Assembly (NCBI RefSeq): GCF_009914755.1
Contig: NC_060926.1
DNA length: 64,000 bases
DNA from: the human T2T-CHM13v2.0 reference genome, Homo sapiens
Reading direction: 5' to 3' (one strand)
The notes under the pieces are model-generated. The model saw only the letters and a program-made list of their open reading frames with translations. It was not told the DNA's origin and did no database searches. This document shows, piece after piece, positions 62,501 to 64,000 of the stretch (the first letter of the stretch is position 1; every line of letters begins with the position of its first letter). Position numbers and translations under genes: made by a program.

Positions 62501-63429
62501 AATATCGCTTCAAAACCAAGGGGCTCTGAATCCTTTTTGTAATTTTAATATAGTAATAACAATATTTTAAGACATTGTCTCAGTTTAATATTGCATAACT
62601 TAGTGCAATATACTATTTCAAAATTTCAAACATGATCATGATTATCTAGGCATAATCAAGTTTGAGCTTAGTTGCAGAAAGAAGGATAATATCTTGTAGT
62701 TTTTTGAGCTTGCTGTAATTTTCACATTGCTTAATGTGAAATAGTGTGCTTGGTAGTGAGACAAAAGTATTTGTTCAATCATTTATGTTAAATAACATAT
62801 GTGAAAGATAAAATTGCTGTCACATGGACTGGCATATTTGCTAGTTTAGCTTGACTTGAATTAAGTGCAGATTAACTCATTAAGCAATGCTGAACCAGAA
62901 AGTCTGCTTTCATTAGCACCAGAAAAACAAAATCTTACTGTTGAAAAGTTCACACTCTGTTTGGAGGAAAACAGACAAAGGGTATGTGATAAACGCTGGA
63001 ATCAAGGATCAAGATGCATGCACTATGCTATGAGTGCAGAGACAGAAGAAACAGAAAACTGTTCATAATTTTATTGAACTGTGGCTCAGTGAGTTTTAAA
63101 ACAATTATTTCCCCAAACAGTCACAAGAAACATTGAACACTGTGTTAAGTGTGATGAAGGACACCCTGCTAAATGCTGTGGGGAATACCAAGTAGTATTA
63201 GCCAAGGTCCTGGCCCCGAAAAGCTTGAACTCTAGTTGGAGAGAGAATGAGGAAAAGTGTAAGATCTTAAAGTGCCAACCCAGAGGGCAGACAGATCTCT
63301 CTAAGTTGAAGTGATCAGTAGGTGCTTTAAAAACATAACAGATTTTTGCTGTCACAAAGGATGTGGAGAATTTAAGAAAGCATTTCTTTCAAAAGATTTG
63401 ATTGCTACATCAAAGGAAGAAGTAAAACC

Positions 63430-64000
63430 ATGGCAGCATCTTCAGTGGACGTGGGATGAGTATAACTGGAGCATGGGACTCTGAAGGGCCATGTCAGGAA
63501 ATGTGGTTTTAAAAATGGCTTCTGGCCATCTTGTGGGAGGCACAAAAGGCCACCATGGCTCTGTGAATTGGCAAAGAAATGGACACAGACCGGAAGGCCA
63601 AGGTTCTTCCCCGTGGGAATTCAAGTCAGAATTCTGACCACCAGACCGAGATATTTTCCTTGAAAGCTACTCAGCTTTCATTCCTAGGGGCATTGTGATC
63701 CATCCATCATTGCTGAGGACTTCTGAGGGTCAGAACCTTCTGAGTACACCCCTTCCTCTGCTGTTCATTAGGGTGAATATGCCCACTTGCCTCTGGAAAC
63801 CGAGTGCTGCCACTTGGCTTCTGCTGGCTTGCGATCAGATTTTCCCCTTTGACATCAGCAAGTCCATTTCATAGCAGCATTTCCAACAGTCACAGCTGGT
63901 CTATAAGGAAACTGGTCTACCAGAAAAGGTGGCGAGGCCTTTCAAGAAAATGTGCTCCTCTCACTAAAGTATTGCTGTAGCCTTAGTGAAGGGGGTGCCT
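63430..64000 (-). mobile_element. ERVL-class internal (gag-like) remnant, continuing past the window edge
   Basis: Reverse strand reads PFTKA..NTLVRGA, RPAVTVGNAAMKW, SQVAAL and WMDHNAPRNE across frameshifts, resembling HERV-L gag. Confidence 0.65.

Overview
Human, repeat-dense non-coding DNA (a human-specific AluYb8 fixes the species). I find no intact host protein-coding gene. Main contents: (1) a nested stack at 9.7-17.6 kb (MLT1A MaLR > MER34/39-type LTR > a 4.45-kb deleted two-LTR HERV-H with a tRNA-Phe-like PBS, a MER4 LTR and young Alus); (2) a U7 snRNA retropseudogene at 19.4 kb; (3) a complete THE1C provirus at 24.6-27.5 kb; (4) a full-length but disabled L1PA2-type LINE-1 at 35.7-41.7 kb; (5) MLT2A, THE1C, MER11 and MSTA elements at 43-53 kb; (6) a 5'-truncated GOLGA4 (GRIP-domain) processed pseudogene at 59.6-61.3 kb with two inverted Alus; (7) an ERVL gag remnant at the right edge. 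The structure least explained by these features is a set of locally templated rearrangements: a ~290-bp inverted duplication followed by a hairpin patchwork (61.8-62.3 kb), a 54-bp templated insertion (45.2 kb) and smaller scars. I do not see convincing evidence of a new multi-gene system. Subfamily names come from recalled consensus sequences, not a database search, and boundaries of old repeats are approximate.
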